A DNA stretch of 58,737 nt, from positions 1 to 58,737 of the IMG/VR virus record IMGVR_UViG_3300030107_004408; one strand, given 5' to 3'. The translations under genes and the position numbers were made by a program. Under the pieces are notes generated by a model. That model ran no database searches. It was not told where the DNA came from and was given only the letters and a program-made list of their open reading frames with translations. Of the stretch, positions 30,601-38,708 are shown in pieces (position 1 is the first letter of the stretch; each line of letters opens with the position of its first letter). The stretch is from a virus (Duplodnaviria > Caudoviricetes).

Positions 30601-32752
30601 CCAGCTCGTGCGTGTCTACAATTTTGTGCGCCATAAGGGATTCTATTTGCCCTTCTGGAGTCTGACTGGCGCCACCCTGCGCCGCCTTTACCATTTCGGC
30701 AGAAGCGTTATCTAAGTCAATAATACCTCTTCTAGCATTTGCCCTAAGGTGTGATGCCTTGGTCAGCCATTCCTTATCTTCTGCCCGTAGGAGGTGGGTC
30801 TGTTGTTGCATCTCCTCTTGGAGTTGCTTTTCTAGCCACTGCTCCATTGCTTCGGAGTCTCTAGACCAGTGTCGGCTTACGACTACCTTGTCCCCTATGA
30901 TGTCAGCAACCATGCCTTCGGCGAGTTCAATCTCGTCGTAAGGGTTCAAAGAACCATATTGCAGTGCTTGGCTTTGCTTATTCTCTCCACCAAAAAGAGG
31001 TGCTATACCCGTCATATGCCACAAGGCCGCAGCGCGCTCCTTCCTCTTGTAGTTATAGGCCCACATTTCACCGTGAGCGTGTCCGTAGTCCAGTCTCCTT
31101 TGGAACTCTGCTCTTCGTTTTTTGTAGTCCTCCTCGGCAGCTTCTCGGAGTAACCGCTGGGTTACCTTTGCTTGATCGGAAAAAGAGGTTTGCTCAAAAC
31201 GCTGCTGTTCTACCAGGTGGCCTTCTACGTCTCCAGTACCGATGTAGTACATGCGGGCTTTATTATGGTGATCTGTAAATGTTTCAGATGCCGCATTTTC
31301 TAGCTTAGCTGTGAGGGCATCGAGATCTTCTTGGCTGTCGAGGGTGGGCGCATGCTTTAAGGCTTCTATGCCTACGTCGGCAGCAGATTCCCCCGTAAAC
31401 AGCGCATCAGATATTAGCCTAAGCTCATCTGCCGTGAGTACCGTCTCCCCGTCTTTGTTGACACTCCCGTGGCCAGCGGCAAGCAGCTTCTCCTCCATCT
31501 CTTCCATTTCATCAGAAAAAGATTTTTGCAGCATTTCTTCTTCTAAGCGTTTTTGCGCTTCAATAATAGCCTTTTCGGGATCCATACCGCCGTCGATTAG
31601 CTCACGCTCGATCCTGTAGAACGCCACTGCCCATTTCAAGTCATCGCTAGCGTCGGGCCGTAAGATTTCGGCCCAAGTTTTCGGGGACGGCTCTACAACC
31701 CACTCGGCCTTAGTCTCATTTTTTCGCCAATAGTCCGGTTTTATGACGATCTGATAGCTCTCGGGAAGGCCCGCAAACTTGCGGTGCTTGTAGTAGTCTG
31801 GCTGATAAAGCAACGAATTGGCGGCATCCGTATCCGTAACGTTGCCTTCTGCAACCTGATCGAAATTGGATACAAAATTGCCGTCTTTTACGCTAAATCC
31901 ATAAAGGGTATCTGCCCGTGAATTCCAACGAGCAAATTCGTCTCTAACTTCCTTTTCCATTATTTTGCCCCACACCATCTCAAGTGGGGCTTGGATTCTG
32001 TCCGATTTAACTACTACGGCAGGCCCAACGGGATGTGTGTGGAGTTCGTATAAGTCTTCTGAGTCTCTTGTTTTCCGCCCGTCGATTTCTATCTCACCGA
32101 ACGAGGGTACTTTGTATACAGTGTATGTGTATACGTTCATGCGCCGGGCGCGGTAGCCCTCGGGGATTTCAGCAGGCTTGTATTTTCCTTCCCAGTAGAA
32201 GCCAAACTCGTCGTCAATGATATCTAAATCTGGCCCTGTAGTTAATCCAGCCTCTTTCGCTGCAATAGCAGCATCTTGCTCAGACGGAAGGGATCCCAGC
32301 CCAGTGGTGGGTACTTCGCTTTCTGGGATTAGGGATCCTGTACCTTTCAGTTCCATTTGGCCCAGAGACGCCAGCCGTTGGGTTTCCCTGGCGGCATCGA
32401 TCTGGGCTTGCTTAACTTGGACAGCCTCTTCTGCTATTTTCTCTGACGATGGTGTGGGGAGCTGAAAGTCGCCCCCCAAAGTTGTATCTGTCGCCGCAAA
32501 TCTGGCAAACTCTGACTGTACATCTGCAATATATTTATTGGGGTCAAATTCAGTGCTTTCTTGTTGCTTTTGCACTGCAGAAGTAGACGAAAAGCGTACG
32601 TACCGCTCAAAGTCGGCCGGGTACATTCCGTACTTTCTAAAGTACTTTTCCGCAGGGCCGTCTGGGTCAAAAGAATCGTCACGCAGCTCGTCATCGCTGG
32701 GTGGCTTGATCCTTATTTCCGACCCTTCCGGCGTCTCTTCGGATTCACTCAT
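21656..32752 (-). CDS. Giant (3698 aa) probable internal virion/ejection protein
   Basis: Last of three genes after the tail genes; coiled coils; LYDW...MPFWRF segment resembles large polyvalent protein C-termini. Confidence 0.7.
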   Translation of the reverse strand: MSESEETPEGSEIRIKPPSDDELRDDSFDPDGPAEKYFRKYGMYPADFERYVRFSSTSAVQKQQESTEFDPNKYIADVQSEFARFAATDTTLGGDFQLPTPSSEKIAEEAVQVKQAQIDAARETQRLASLGQMELKGTGSLIPESEVPTTGLGSLPSEQDAAIAAKEAGLTTGPDLDIIDDEFGFYWEGKYKPAEIPEGYRARRMNVYTYTVYKVPSFGEIEIDGRKTRDSEDLYELHTHPVGPAVVVKSDRIQAPLEMVWGKIMEKEVRDEFARWNSRADTLYGFSVKDGNFVSNFDQVAEGNVTDTDAANSLLYQPDYYKHRKFAGLPESYQIVIKPDYWRKNETKAEWVVEPSPKTWAEILRPDASDDLKWAVAFYRIERELIDGGMDPEKAIIEAQKRLEEEMLQKSFSDEMEEMEEKLLAAGHGSVNKDGETVLTADELRLISDALFTGESAADVGIEALKHAPTLDSQEDLDALTAKLENAASETFTDHHNKARMYYIGTGDVEGHLVEQQRFEQTSFSDQAKVTQRLLREAAEEDYKKRRAEFQRRLDYGHAHGEMWAYNYKRKERAAALWHMTGIAPLFGGENKQSQALQYGSLNPYDEIELAEGMVADIIGDKVVVSRHWSRDSEAMEQWLEKQLQEEMQQQTHLLRAEDKEWLTKASHLRANARRGIIDLDNASAEMVKAAQGGASQTPEGQIESLMAHKIVDTHELDAFVASRSRAMMVDPNWGDEAKTHGWLHINGLPAHRAAYFWLSQEGTEKEVSIATDPFAKAGSPKKIAEISGREFQYIPYTEEKVRYDRRLNRHVMRDRDGTARLITFSGPEDPAWKEAFEAEARHVYAYREQLLKSARSPNPQEMLGFTQAIRQLKISSRDVKEGEGGENQLLSTVYDAENIGHSNRARLPGWDGVAIGGTALHAAKEDMFASSFRRLTGVDPWPRRHETFVDRTATTPFRVDRDVLAALQTSNPEHPTAKTLKSVSSWVEAWHEAEQEYSNKFPMESAPFRWNRSIAHSPYIVWPVTTEVWNPELGEYERLYVDPENGGLSVFPIPVAYIGPDGTDYMLTAEERQFAAMGAHTRSKEAERRFREGVRDPAAMQRMDAWYSIKNETLRIEEKIATGEIGHSGVQAAIRAQGEIDIRSAMQAPSIAPWWVINYAGVEGLPEYYDPSDPGSYAPMYEFTPALMYKELPHAPNSFGAKQLDAYKDRQMYVATEEGVKLVSMADHLGVAAEDSIGVAHAAAMLEPYLGLTKVVNQESLYSTPESREEKLLSKVKADATRKVQESMYPPPGEVLIQWLPNGAIKLDGDDGLQNRLRNWYYDAQAAKYLGTRDLGPHSHTIPDDKIAEFKEEAERLAWIDVTRVLSRNRGIAFFIEDPDSVVENVMSYTPALRPLMAAWQSHNQAYVHYPSNRSAWLQAGLDPTEMDLSQAVHMGVKQVPVLTTKIVDVGDANKVLKKPIEPNQQIDSVEFAQIVKQVEAAGLAIPTGLETTKLDENGEEVWTFITVDPELFHGEILPVVDFQKESSFQWLNKLFPMTIVGNQSRTLEYGIQTDWYAEEVEKLKTELTPLGVAVDMLPFGSTVFGNDVRAHAEAQYKIITGSTGNGAIDTMLIQNVNEGAWFSENMNHLFQEAVNAGTDLEGADLYSAKRTAGRIGEAGGWIVDIAGPDPFTGGIAIGAKVTKGGWRLYHTAFRYKMGRNIKHLEAAQQIIDNPKAFGLAEDAPLAERHAHAEKMLGSKNAALPFIVRDRIGARMVQTEGDLVRGIRHREAELAKTTARKEASTKGIYDDAPSFRLAAEDEAALLGRDLVDQTSTLAARHGRRVAALEELVSKQAGKKKPKPITPEKLRAALKHKGSDEIFSDPRIHEKAAAKHPDDVGAYLDYGYELEKAQTAGVQAANLIEHSVLTLGESATRQLLGMNPALGRAAAYAPFPILSEAGKDLVLQGLGNARIRILIESGQIQPVPYVTRTLDNPKTLRLLGQKELGTWRSADELLESTQQAVRDYEILLADPKARFNAWAPERKPLPIPSETGMMPRRAGEAKKAAEDARQGQPLVIRRDPDTGRYGAPYEATPNHGSWEIDAALNEFRATEIEAQHAQKTLENFQGVAKNNAPFAKHYDDTVAAAEKELDELEEVFNGIDNKYKNEVREAQRANGVHDRASAQQAKAEGVLKELQEQSVANTRRAVETGSLPTAEMPTGLLNLDEFKEFAQGLLITPKQADTLRRRLKAAKKDLEKARAKTQAAEAELKKAQEALKPYFDECAQPGKRADIATQKIMTASHKLNQDIGHDIVRELPLTERNLHRGTIKYPASVGKWYKDTEKALKRTARDARKTNEAVSRKLGTLWKGSQENLKRHFEMVSNAVSDMLSAARQQRELELVGNVYRDVADELRRGYAALKAVPEGVANGMRPRASWWSKFRHTLQGPERQGSAYDWLATFTSKEDKKTLGRTVDAPSLFSQIDSIYGKAVRRAATARPTGANKGATVGGIASDTYKNLRKAWKQQGKPKQLRLQAREVEALTGLPEELRRVFFDIHPEAAGLRVADMLENVRKDPALLRLVAGKSGVIAQGINKMQEFLRNFQDPASAIIGGKFNEDMVEIVKTIQHLVDDMGNDLYWLGRKARKEAGVIPKGAKKPTGEKLTASERKERAIADRTRELLESYVTWDGLTEAPIMLKTGMSAAIPTSMRDPLWDMFLHNSLTDPSNLPLKVKLERAEAAEIKRRRKLVAKRNAGTITEKQTEELRLILREEEISKQIAGRKKALRNMTAKQAEEGGKKVEREVAKLEKMKGKEPTWKEKWLDENYGPTWNSPMAEGNTFISWATHWWPSSSRAALTPDIAASITADAYKILEDTAKLMQKGELPTSKLAYEYAENRLRNATRVSSRKTLEDGTTAAAHADVDRDVTRATASGVMAITAGALKQHMWELTAKRILGTVTTKEAAAANKIWDGAYATLSEADLIAGYGVLNKMGMPVTTSYYRTAENAKRYHYMHKVATDSDGRALFMPQSVLKAVEDSLNVQGKEIGRLYQKSAEKGAEQQLGAMSTFNTLWKQSVITGTVIPRPQYVNTNLWGDWSQMVFGHGYEIGTRVTFNTLSGIPWWSERLGKSMDEVTDAVFRSRKGKGRQAPMHIMASPSSAVFNTWANKIWRGDNGVMRTAHGEVINFRQLRRELHESVLDTQVNEELLNYLTDVTKNAPWHAVGRWSDDIRWFAQHLQTRMRGNLYMELRVRRGFTQKEAVRAVRESLYDWKHGITKAEVATLCKVMPFWRFWRLAFKQMGRRVAEPLTKPNKAIMDSFTGRTALNRIRSQLNFRDRIYDGIIDPHVEGEIQSEQQWLDEMERHLRPDWMLGRALIGHQASPDPDFWVHSRGKPYQYEAMMLPPLTITDIGEIGASWMLGTGAALAHRYDGVQPDRPMSPGGTMGRTPWGTVTPGDWESFIFEPALNMLFPRYKEFLESFLLDAGVDTGGYEKGEYINVNEAEHNIMQKWDSAFGTQLTQRGKSPQFMIDAGAGEYEGRFQMHRGTWLFMQTMVPWVSVEVSGFLNNIYYQNPYAPRYNDLAEAYQKAEGDLGVAWNQIGPPRTPGDASQKSLMSAGWRALQNYSGFKWYPYEASKAFEMGDVWDLDDRGQVIQYRGRKAVTELGELSGEAARGSLAEENLDAYLPSPGTIVERTPEQEIEASKDLPIPRIYDDDEL

Positions 32753-35700
32753 GAATTTTCCAAGTCGGCTTTTTCTTCTTCTTGAACTTTTCGGGAATGG
32801 CTTCTATACGTTTCTGCTCTTCTGCCGCCTTTACGTCTTTCTTGGCCTGTCTTTTCTTTTTTCTAAAGTCTTTTCTGCCCTTCTTCCTACCGGTCAGATC
32901 TTCCTTCGTAGGCCTACGTACGTTCTGACTTGACTTTAGCGATACCTTGGATGTGCCCGGCTCTGCTGTAGGCTCTTTCCAGGTCCTTTCTTTCACTTCC
33001 TCTTTGTCGCCTCTGCGCAGTTCGCTTAGCCTCTTCTTTACGGCCAAATCTCTGGCCTTTCGTTTTGCCTCCATGACAGACTGCGATGCCTTACCATAAG
33101 CGCCTGGACGGCCTCGGTAGCCGATTTGTTCTGTTGAAATGGCATCTCTGAGCCCTGAGACGATCGGCATAGCTCGGACTTCCTTGCCCTTCATGACAGG
33201 ATCTTCTGGCGCGGATTCCATCATAGCTATTGCGCCTTCCATGTTGCCGGCTTCTTTTAGCCTTTGGAATTCTTCCAGCGCGTATTCCGCTTTCGGATGT
33301 ATCTTCATGGGAGTTCGGACACGCTCACGTAGCTTTTCGTATTTCTTTCGGCTCTCCAATTCGCTGAGCATACGCTCATAATATTGAGCCTTGGCCTCTG
33401 CTCGCGCAAGACGCTTCTCTGGCTGCGCATCCCGGCGTTCTTGCATGTCTTCAGCTTCTGGCTGCAGGGCCATAGCATCCCGTTCGTAGTAGCCGGGCAC
33501 ACCTTCTGCTTCTAACTTGTCCGAATCTTCCCTTAGTAGCGAACTGTACATCCTGTCCAGTTCTGTGTCGTCATCTATATCTATTTCGTCGAAGCTTGAT
33601 AAGAACGGATCTTTCTTTGGATCAGGCTTTTTGTCTTCTGTTTCAGGTGTTCGGACTTCCGCCACGTTTTCCGCTAGATCCGGGTTGCCGTCATCGTCGT
33701 CCTTGCGCTTGACAGTTGCCTCTTCGCTCCTCAGCGGTAGTCCCGAAGCCACCCAGTGCTCTCCCATATCCTGCTCTACTCTGTCCATGTAGAGCCCAGA
33801 CTTGACCCGTGTGTCGTTGTCAACACCTTGGCTTTCCATGTGGTGGCTGATCACGGATCTCAGATCTTTTACGGAAATGTTGGAACCACTTAAACCTTTA
33901 ATATAGCGAAGTGCGATTCTCTTCTCGCGGCTGCTCATATCCGTTCTTTTTGCAGTGGACTGGGCAAGTTCTGTAAGAAGGTGATTGATGAATACGCCTA
34001 TAGCTGCTTCGTTACCTAGGCGTACACCGTCTTCTTCAAGTTCCAAGTTTTGGTCTACAATCGGGTCTAAGCCTTCAACGCCCCGCTCTTTATAGCCAGT
34101 ATCGTAATAGGCGTCTGCCACTGCCCAAGCTGTGGCTTGGTCTAGCCGGGTTTGTCCTCGTACTTTTTGAGGCGGAGCTGCACTTTCGTCCAACCTGGCA
34201 TACGGATCTGGGGAACCTTCAATATCCCGCTGTACTTCCCTGCCTGGAAAATCGTCATCACCGAACTCTTGGTCGCGCTGTTCGTAGCCGGTTTCGGTAT
34301 ACTCAAAGTCACGCATTTCAGGTAGGGATAGTTCCCGACCATGGTGGTCTGTTAATCCATCCCATAGCCCCGACTCGGGATGGGCGAAAACCCAGCCTTC
34401 GCTTTCTCCGAGTTCAAGGCGGTCAGACACCATATTCGGGTATTTCTTTGAATTGAGATCGGGATTAAAAGCTTCGGCGCCGTCACTTAGCCACTGCCAC
34501 CCTTGCTCAGGTGTGTGCTTTATGCCATCTCTGCCCATTCGATCTTGTATGCCTAACGGGTCGTCTTTTGTGACACCCAGGAGCACACGAGGTGCGCTTA
34601 TTTCACGTTCCTGGGGAGTATCGTCCAGGTGTTTGCTTATCGTAGGACTAACATCTCGGTACCACACGTACCCGTTTTCGTCTATCCAAAGTCTTGCTCC
34701 GTAAGCGGAATACTTATAAGGTTTTTTGTCTTTGTACCCGCCTGGGCCTACATCAATGCCCGGTGTTAAGTATCCTTCATTGAAATAAACACCGGGTTTT
34801 AGGTCCGCACCTTTTCCGTCGTAATCCTTGATCGTGTTCAGCGTCCATTCCAATTGTTTTTGAACCCACCTTGGCATTTTCTGGTTGTCTTTACGCTCGT
34901 AAAAGCCTTTTTGGGTTTTTTCGAACAAATCCTGCGTAGTAAGTGCTGGATCGGATCGCCATACCCCTTCTTCTTCTATATGCTCTGGTTCAAAGTCTTC
35001 TCTCTCAATCCTCCTATGCGGAGGTGGCGGATACCTCTTCTCCACTGCTGCGGCGGCAAAGGGGTCTACGTCGGGTGTAAGCTTTCTAAGCTCACGCCAC
35101 GTTTCTTCGGTCATCGTGCCTGTGGGAGACAGTCCGTTGGCTTTTTGGAATTTAGTAACAGCGCCGGCTAAGCCCGTGTAGTAGTCGTCGTCGTCACCGC
35201 CACCCTTGATCCCCAGGGCGAGCAGTCGGTCTTGGACTTCAGATACCGCAGGTTTGTTGCCCTTTCTGGTGCTTTTGTCCAACATGGGCATAGGCGGTTC
35301 GCCAACCTCTTCCCGCACTTCGGGAGGGGCCGCTTGGGATTCGGTAGGCTGCACCACACTTGGGTCTGGTTGGTATGCGCCTTGCGTCATTTGGGCTGAA
35401 GGCCTGCCCTTTCCTCCGAACAGCCTCTTTAGCATTCCAGACTTTCTCGCGGCTCCGACCCTTTCTTGCAGGGGTGCGGTTTGTTCTCCGCGTAATACTT
35501 GACCGGCTTCAGCCACTTCGGGTAGCAGCCCTGCTACTTGATTGTCTCTTCCTATGGCTCTCTTAAAGAACTGGTACGCTCGCAATTCTTGGCCAGGAGC
35601 AAACCCAGCTTCCCTCATTTTATTTTGAAAGGGCACACTAGAAAATAATTCTTCTTGCTGGGCGCCGACTGTTTTGTAGCCAGCTCCAATTGAATCTCTG

Positions 35701-36869
35701 CGTTCTTCTGCCCATCTTGCGGCTTTTGACAAATGCGGGCTTTCAAACCTTTCGGCTGCAGGTGAAGTTACATCGCCTACTAGTTCACCGTAAGTAAGTT
35801 GCTCAGAAGTGCCTGTCTTCGTATCTGCCATGGTAACGGTGTTACCGTCTGCGCCCATGGTCAGCGTGAGTCCGTTTGCTTCGACACCGAGTGAGTTTAA
35901 CCAAGCCTGCTTATCTGTGACGGATGCTTGGAGATTCGGTGCTGCGCCTATGCTGGTGCCGCGATCGCCGGCAGCATATCCCCAAGATTTTGGGTTCTTA
36001 CGTATGATTGCATCTAGCTCGTCTAGAGTGCCCTTTGTCTTGGCGCTACCTGCGTAGCCTCCTCTCGTGAGATCGTCCCTATGCTTAGCGAATTCCCTGC
36101 TTATGTCAGCTAGGTTTTTATCGTAAGATGCGTACCTTTCTTGGTCTACGTTTGCTTTTTTAGCAAGAGCATTCACTGTGCCCTTATACACACCGCCAGC
36201 GCCCAGGACTGTACGCCAATTCTTTGTCTGATAGTCCAAAAGCTGATGCAGAGCGGCATGGTCGCTTTTTGATATTTTAGCGTACAAGTCATCGCGTAAA
36301 GCATTTTGGGCTTTAACGACGTCGGTCGGATTTAGGACCATCTGACCACTGCTATCCGCAGTAAAATATGTGCCGATGTACGCGGATACTAGCGAGCCTA
36401 CGTGACCATCGGCAGCTTTTATGGTACGGGCTGCCATTCCGTTTTGATCTGCGTTTTGTTGCGCACTGTCCAGTTGGGCTTGAGCAGCCCGCGTTCTTGC
36501 ATCAATCTTGGTCCCAGCAAGTGCACCAGAAGATTGGATCTCCTGTACGTACATCTGACTATAGTTTTGGTGCAACCTTACCAAGTGGTTGTACATCTGC
36601 CGATCGTACGTAGAGCCTTCGATTGAAAGCTCTGACTCGATTTCAGCTAAGTCTGCTTGTACTTCCAGTACTTTTTGGTTGTATTCAGCGGCTTCTTTAG
36701 CAGTAAGACCGGTAAGTGGGTCCGGTAAGACCTGGGGTGCGCCAGCCGCACCCACAAGGGCGCCCTTCACTTGGCGTGCGCGTAGTTGTCCCTTTCGCCG
36801 TTTCAGCGCTGCTACATCTTGCTCAAACTGCGGATTTGCAGTGTACGGACGTTGCCATCGTCTTGCCAT
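32745..36869 (-). CDS. Large internal virion protein with a peptidoglycan-binding (PG_binding_1-like) domain
   Basis: VSEVQDRLLALG...AVTKFQKANGLSPTGTMTEETWREL. Confidence 0.7.
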   Translation of the reverse strand: MARRWQRPYTANPQFEQDVAALKRRKGQLRARQVKGALVGAAGAPQVLPDPLTGLTAKEAAEYNQKVLEVQADLAEIESELSIEGSTYDRQMYNHLVRLHQNYSQMYVQEIQSSGALAGTKIDARTRAAQAQLDSAQQNADQNGMAARTIKAADGHVGSLVSAYIGTYFTADSSGQMVLNPTDVVKAQNALRDDLYAKISKSDHAALHQLLDYQTKNWRTVLGAGGVYKGTVNALAKKANVDQERYASYDKNLADISREFAKHRDDLTRGGYAGSAKTKGTLDELDAIIRKNPKSWGYAAGDRGTSIGAAPNLQASVTDKQAWLNSLGVEANGLTLTMGADGNTVTMADTKTGTSEQLTYGELVGDVTSPAAERFESPHLSKAARWAEERRDSIGAGYKTVGAQQEELFSSVPFQNKMREAGFAPGQELRAYQFFKRAIGRDNQVAGLLPEVAEAGQVLRGEQTAPLQERVGAARKSGMLKRLFGGKGRPSAQMTQGAYQPDPSVVQPTESQAAPPEVREEVGEPPMPMLDKSTRKGNKPAVSEVQDRLLALGIKGGGDDDDYYTGLAGAVTKFQKANGLSPTGTMTEETWRELRKLTPDVDPFAAAAVEKRYPPPPHRRIEREDFEPEHIEEEGVWRSDPALTTQDLFEKTQKGFYERKDNQKMPRWVQKQLEWTLNTIKDYDGKGADLKPGVYFNEGYLTPGIDVGPGGYKDKKPYKYSAYGARLWIDENGYVWYRDVSPTISKHLDDTPQEREISAPRVLLGVTKDDPLGIQDRMGRDGIKHTPEQGWQWLSDGAEAFNPDLNSKKYPNMVSDRLELGESEGWVFAHPESGLWDGLTDHHGRELSLPEMRDFEYTETGYEQRDQEFGDDDFPGREVQRDIEGSPDPYARLDESAAPPQKVRGQTRLDQATAWAVADAYYDTGYKERGVEGLDPIVDQNLELEEDGVRLGNEAAIGVFINHLLTELAQSTAKRTDMSSREKRIALRYIKGLSGSNISVKDLRSVISHHMESQGVDNDTRVKSGLYMDRVEQDMGEHWVASGLPLRSEEATVKRKDDDDGNPDLAENVAEVRTPETEDKKPDPKKDPFLSSFDEIDIDDDTELDRMYSSLLREDSDKLEAEGVPGYYERDAMALQPEAEDMQERRDAQPEKRLARAEAKAQYYERMLSELESRKKYEKLRERVRTPMKIHPKAEYALEEFQRLKEAGNMEGAIAMMESAPEDPVMKGKEVRAMPIVSGLRDAISTEQIGYRGRPGAYGKASQSVMEAKRKARDLAVKKRLSELRRGDKEEVKERTWKEPTAEPGTSKVSLKSSQNVRRPTKEDLTGRKKGRKDFRKKKRQAKKDVKAAEEQKRIEAIPEKFKKKKKPTWKIHE

Positions 36870-36880
36870 TTTACGGTCCT

Positions 36881-37360
36881 CTACGCTTGTGTTGCGCCAC
36901 CTTGTACAGCGCCCTTACCGGTATTCGTCCACCTTTCTACCCTAGCTACGCGCTGTGCTTCCAGGGCAGAATAGTCAGCATCATTAGCGGCCTTTGCTGC
37001 CAATGCCCGCTGTGATTCTTCAGACCTAGCTAGTGGAGCAGTAGCTGCCGCCGCGCCTTGTGCAATGGTAGCCCCTTGGTCCAGAGCTGCTGCAGGATTG
37101 TCTGAGCCAGCCATCGCCCCAGACAAAGCGGCGTATGCGGCTTCGCCAGCATCCACTTTGTCTTGCCGAATCTTTGCCTCGTCTGCTTTCCCAGAATCTG
37201 GGTGTAGCATGGCAGAGATGACTTGCTTTTCTTTTTCTTTCCGAGCTTGCCTTAGGCTTCCGAGTGCACCTTCGCTGGCCAGCTTTTCCCGCTTTGCAGT
37301 TTTCTTCTGCCGACGCCCGATTCGGCCCGAGCCCCAGTCGTCGTCCAGTTCGTATGCCAT
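36881..37360 (-). CDS. Small Ala-rich probable ejection protein
   Basis: Composition and position before the large internal proteins. Confidence 0.5.
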   Translation of the reverse strand: MAYELDDDWGSGRIGRRQKKTAKREKLASEGALGSLRQARKEKEKQVISAMLHPDSGKADEAKIRQDKVDAGEAAYAALSGAMAGSDNPAAALDQGATIAQGAAAATAPLARSEESQRALAAKAANDADYSALEAQRVARVERWTNTGKGAVQGGATQA

Positions 37361-37368
37361 GCCTACTC

Positions 37369-37986
37369 CTACTTGAAGTAAATGTACTTCATGTTCCGTA
37401 TTCTAATACGGGCGGTGTTTTGGTTCAAAAAACAAGCCACATGTGCTGTGTGCCAGCCCGATGTGAGGTTGGTCTTGGTTACGTGACCACTCCAAATTCT
37501 GTCTCTATTTAGATATCTGGTCGCGCTTACTCGCCCTTCCGGTAGCACCCTAAACTGCCTGTTCTGCAGAGCATCGTCTATGTACATCTTCAGCTCAAGC
37601 TGTTTCCCGTCTCCGTATACTAGGCCACCTGCAAACGTAATTTGCCACGTCAGTATGCACACAGACGGGGCATAGGGCAGGAAAAACGAAATACCACACC
37701 CAGGTATGGGCTGGTAAGCACCATCGTCTGCGTTGTCGTCTGGGAATGTACTGGGCACATAGTCCAGGTTTCCCGTAGTCCCTACCATGCGGCCTTTTGC
37801 AAGGCTGTTGGGACGGATCATTCTATTTGAGACTGCCCAAGTGTCTTTATTGTCTGAATCCAGGTACCCGTTTACCGCAGAAAAACTGGTTATGGCGCTA
37901 TCGTCATTGTAGAAATTATCTGCAACATCGTCTGCGGAAATGGCTGTGCCTGTGACGAATGTATTTAGGGCAGTGATTTTAGGCAT
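37369..37986 (-). CDS. Tail-associated protein
   Basis: N-terminal FVTGTAISADDVADNF anchor-like motif. Confidence 0.55.
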   Translation of the reverse strand: MPKITALNTFVTGTAISADDVADNFYNDDSAITSFSAVNGYLDSDNKDTWAVSNRMIRPNSLAKGRMVGTTGNLDYVPSTFPDDNADDGAYQPIPGCGISFFLPYAPSVCILTWQITFAGGLVYGDGKQLELKMYIDDALQNRQFRVLPEGRVSATRYLNRDRIWSGHVTKTNLTSGWHTAHVACFLNQNTARIRIRNMKYIYFK

Positions 37987-38708
37987 CAGCTTCCCCCTGC
38001 GTATAGGCCGATGGCGGATATGTTACCCTGGTACAAGGTTACTTCTACATCTGCGATGCCCGAGGAGACACCGGCAGCAGATGTCGCTACGAGTAGCCTA
38101 ACTGCGTCGATTGTCCGTGCACCCACGTCATCGGAAGTTATGAATGTCCTAATGGCAAGGTCTTTTTTCGGACCTTCCTGTGCGCCCCCTGTTACTGTTC
38201 TGCGTTCTGCTGCGACGAAACGCTCACTTCTGTCTATGTCCATCCAAACGCCAGTAATAGCGTAGCGTACTTGTATTTTGAACACAGCATAGAACAAGTG
38301 GCTTTGCACTCCACCAGTTGCATCTTGTATGTCCCATATATGTATGTTCGCAAGAACCAGAACACCTCGATCGGTGGTTAGCTCTACGTTGGACGAAAAA
38401 GTAGTTGTAAGCTCATCTGTGCCATCGTGGACAATAGCCCAGCCTGTCCCTGTGCGTACACCAGATGCAAGTACGGTAGTACCGGACATACCTTCGTAGT
38501 TGTTTGTGTAGACGTGCAAAGCAGCACCTACCGTTTGGGTGCCAGTGCCGGTAACCATGCTTGGAAGGTGAGCATGGTGCATGCCATTTCTTTGTACTGA
38601 GCTGGCATCCAGCGCATTGATCTCGTCTTTAACACCCGTAAACTTAGCGTTAAGCGAAGCCGCAGTTATGGCTTCTCCCTCTTCTATATTGGAGAAATTA
38701 GTAGTCAT
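37986..38708 (-). CDS. Tail-associated protein
   Basis: N-terminal GEAITAASLNAKF motif. Confidence 0.55.
   Translation of the reverse strand: MTTNFSNIEEGEAITAASLNAKFTGVKDEINALDASSVQRNGMHHAHLPSMVTGTGTQTVGAALHVYTNNYEGMSGTTVLASGVRTGTGWAIVHDGTDELTTTFSSNVELTTDRGVLVLANIHIWDIQDATGGVQSHLFYAVFKIQVRYAITGVWMDIDRSERFVAAERRTVTGGAQEGPKKDLAIRTFITSDDVGARTIDAVRLLVATSAAGVSSGIADVEVTLYQGNISAIGLYAGGS

Noticed and set aside
21656-32752. Virion RNA polymerase
   Set aside because: No catalytic RNAP motifs were found by eye, and early genes have sigma70-like promoters.
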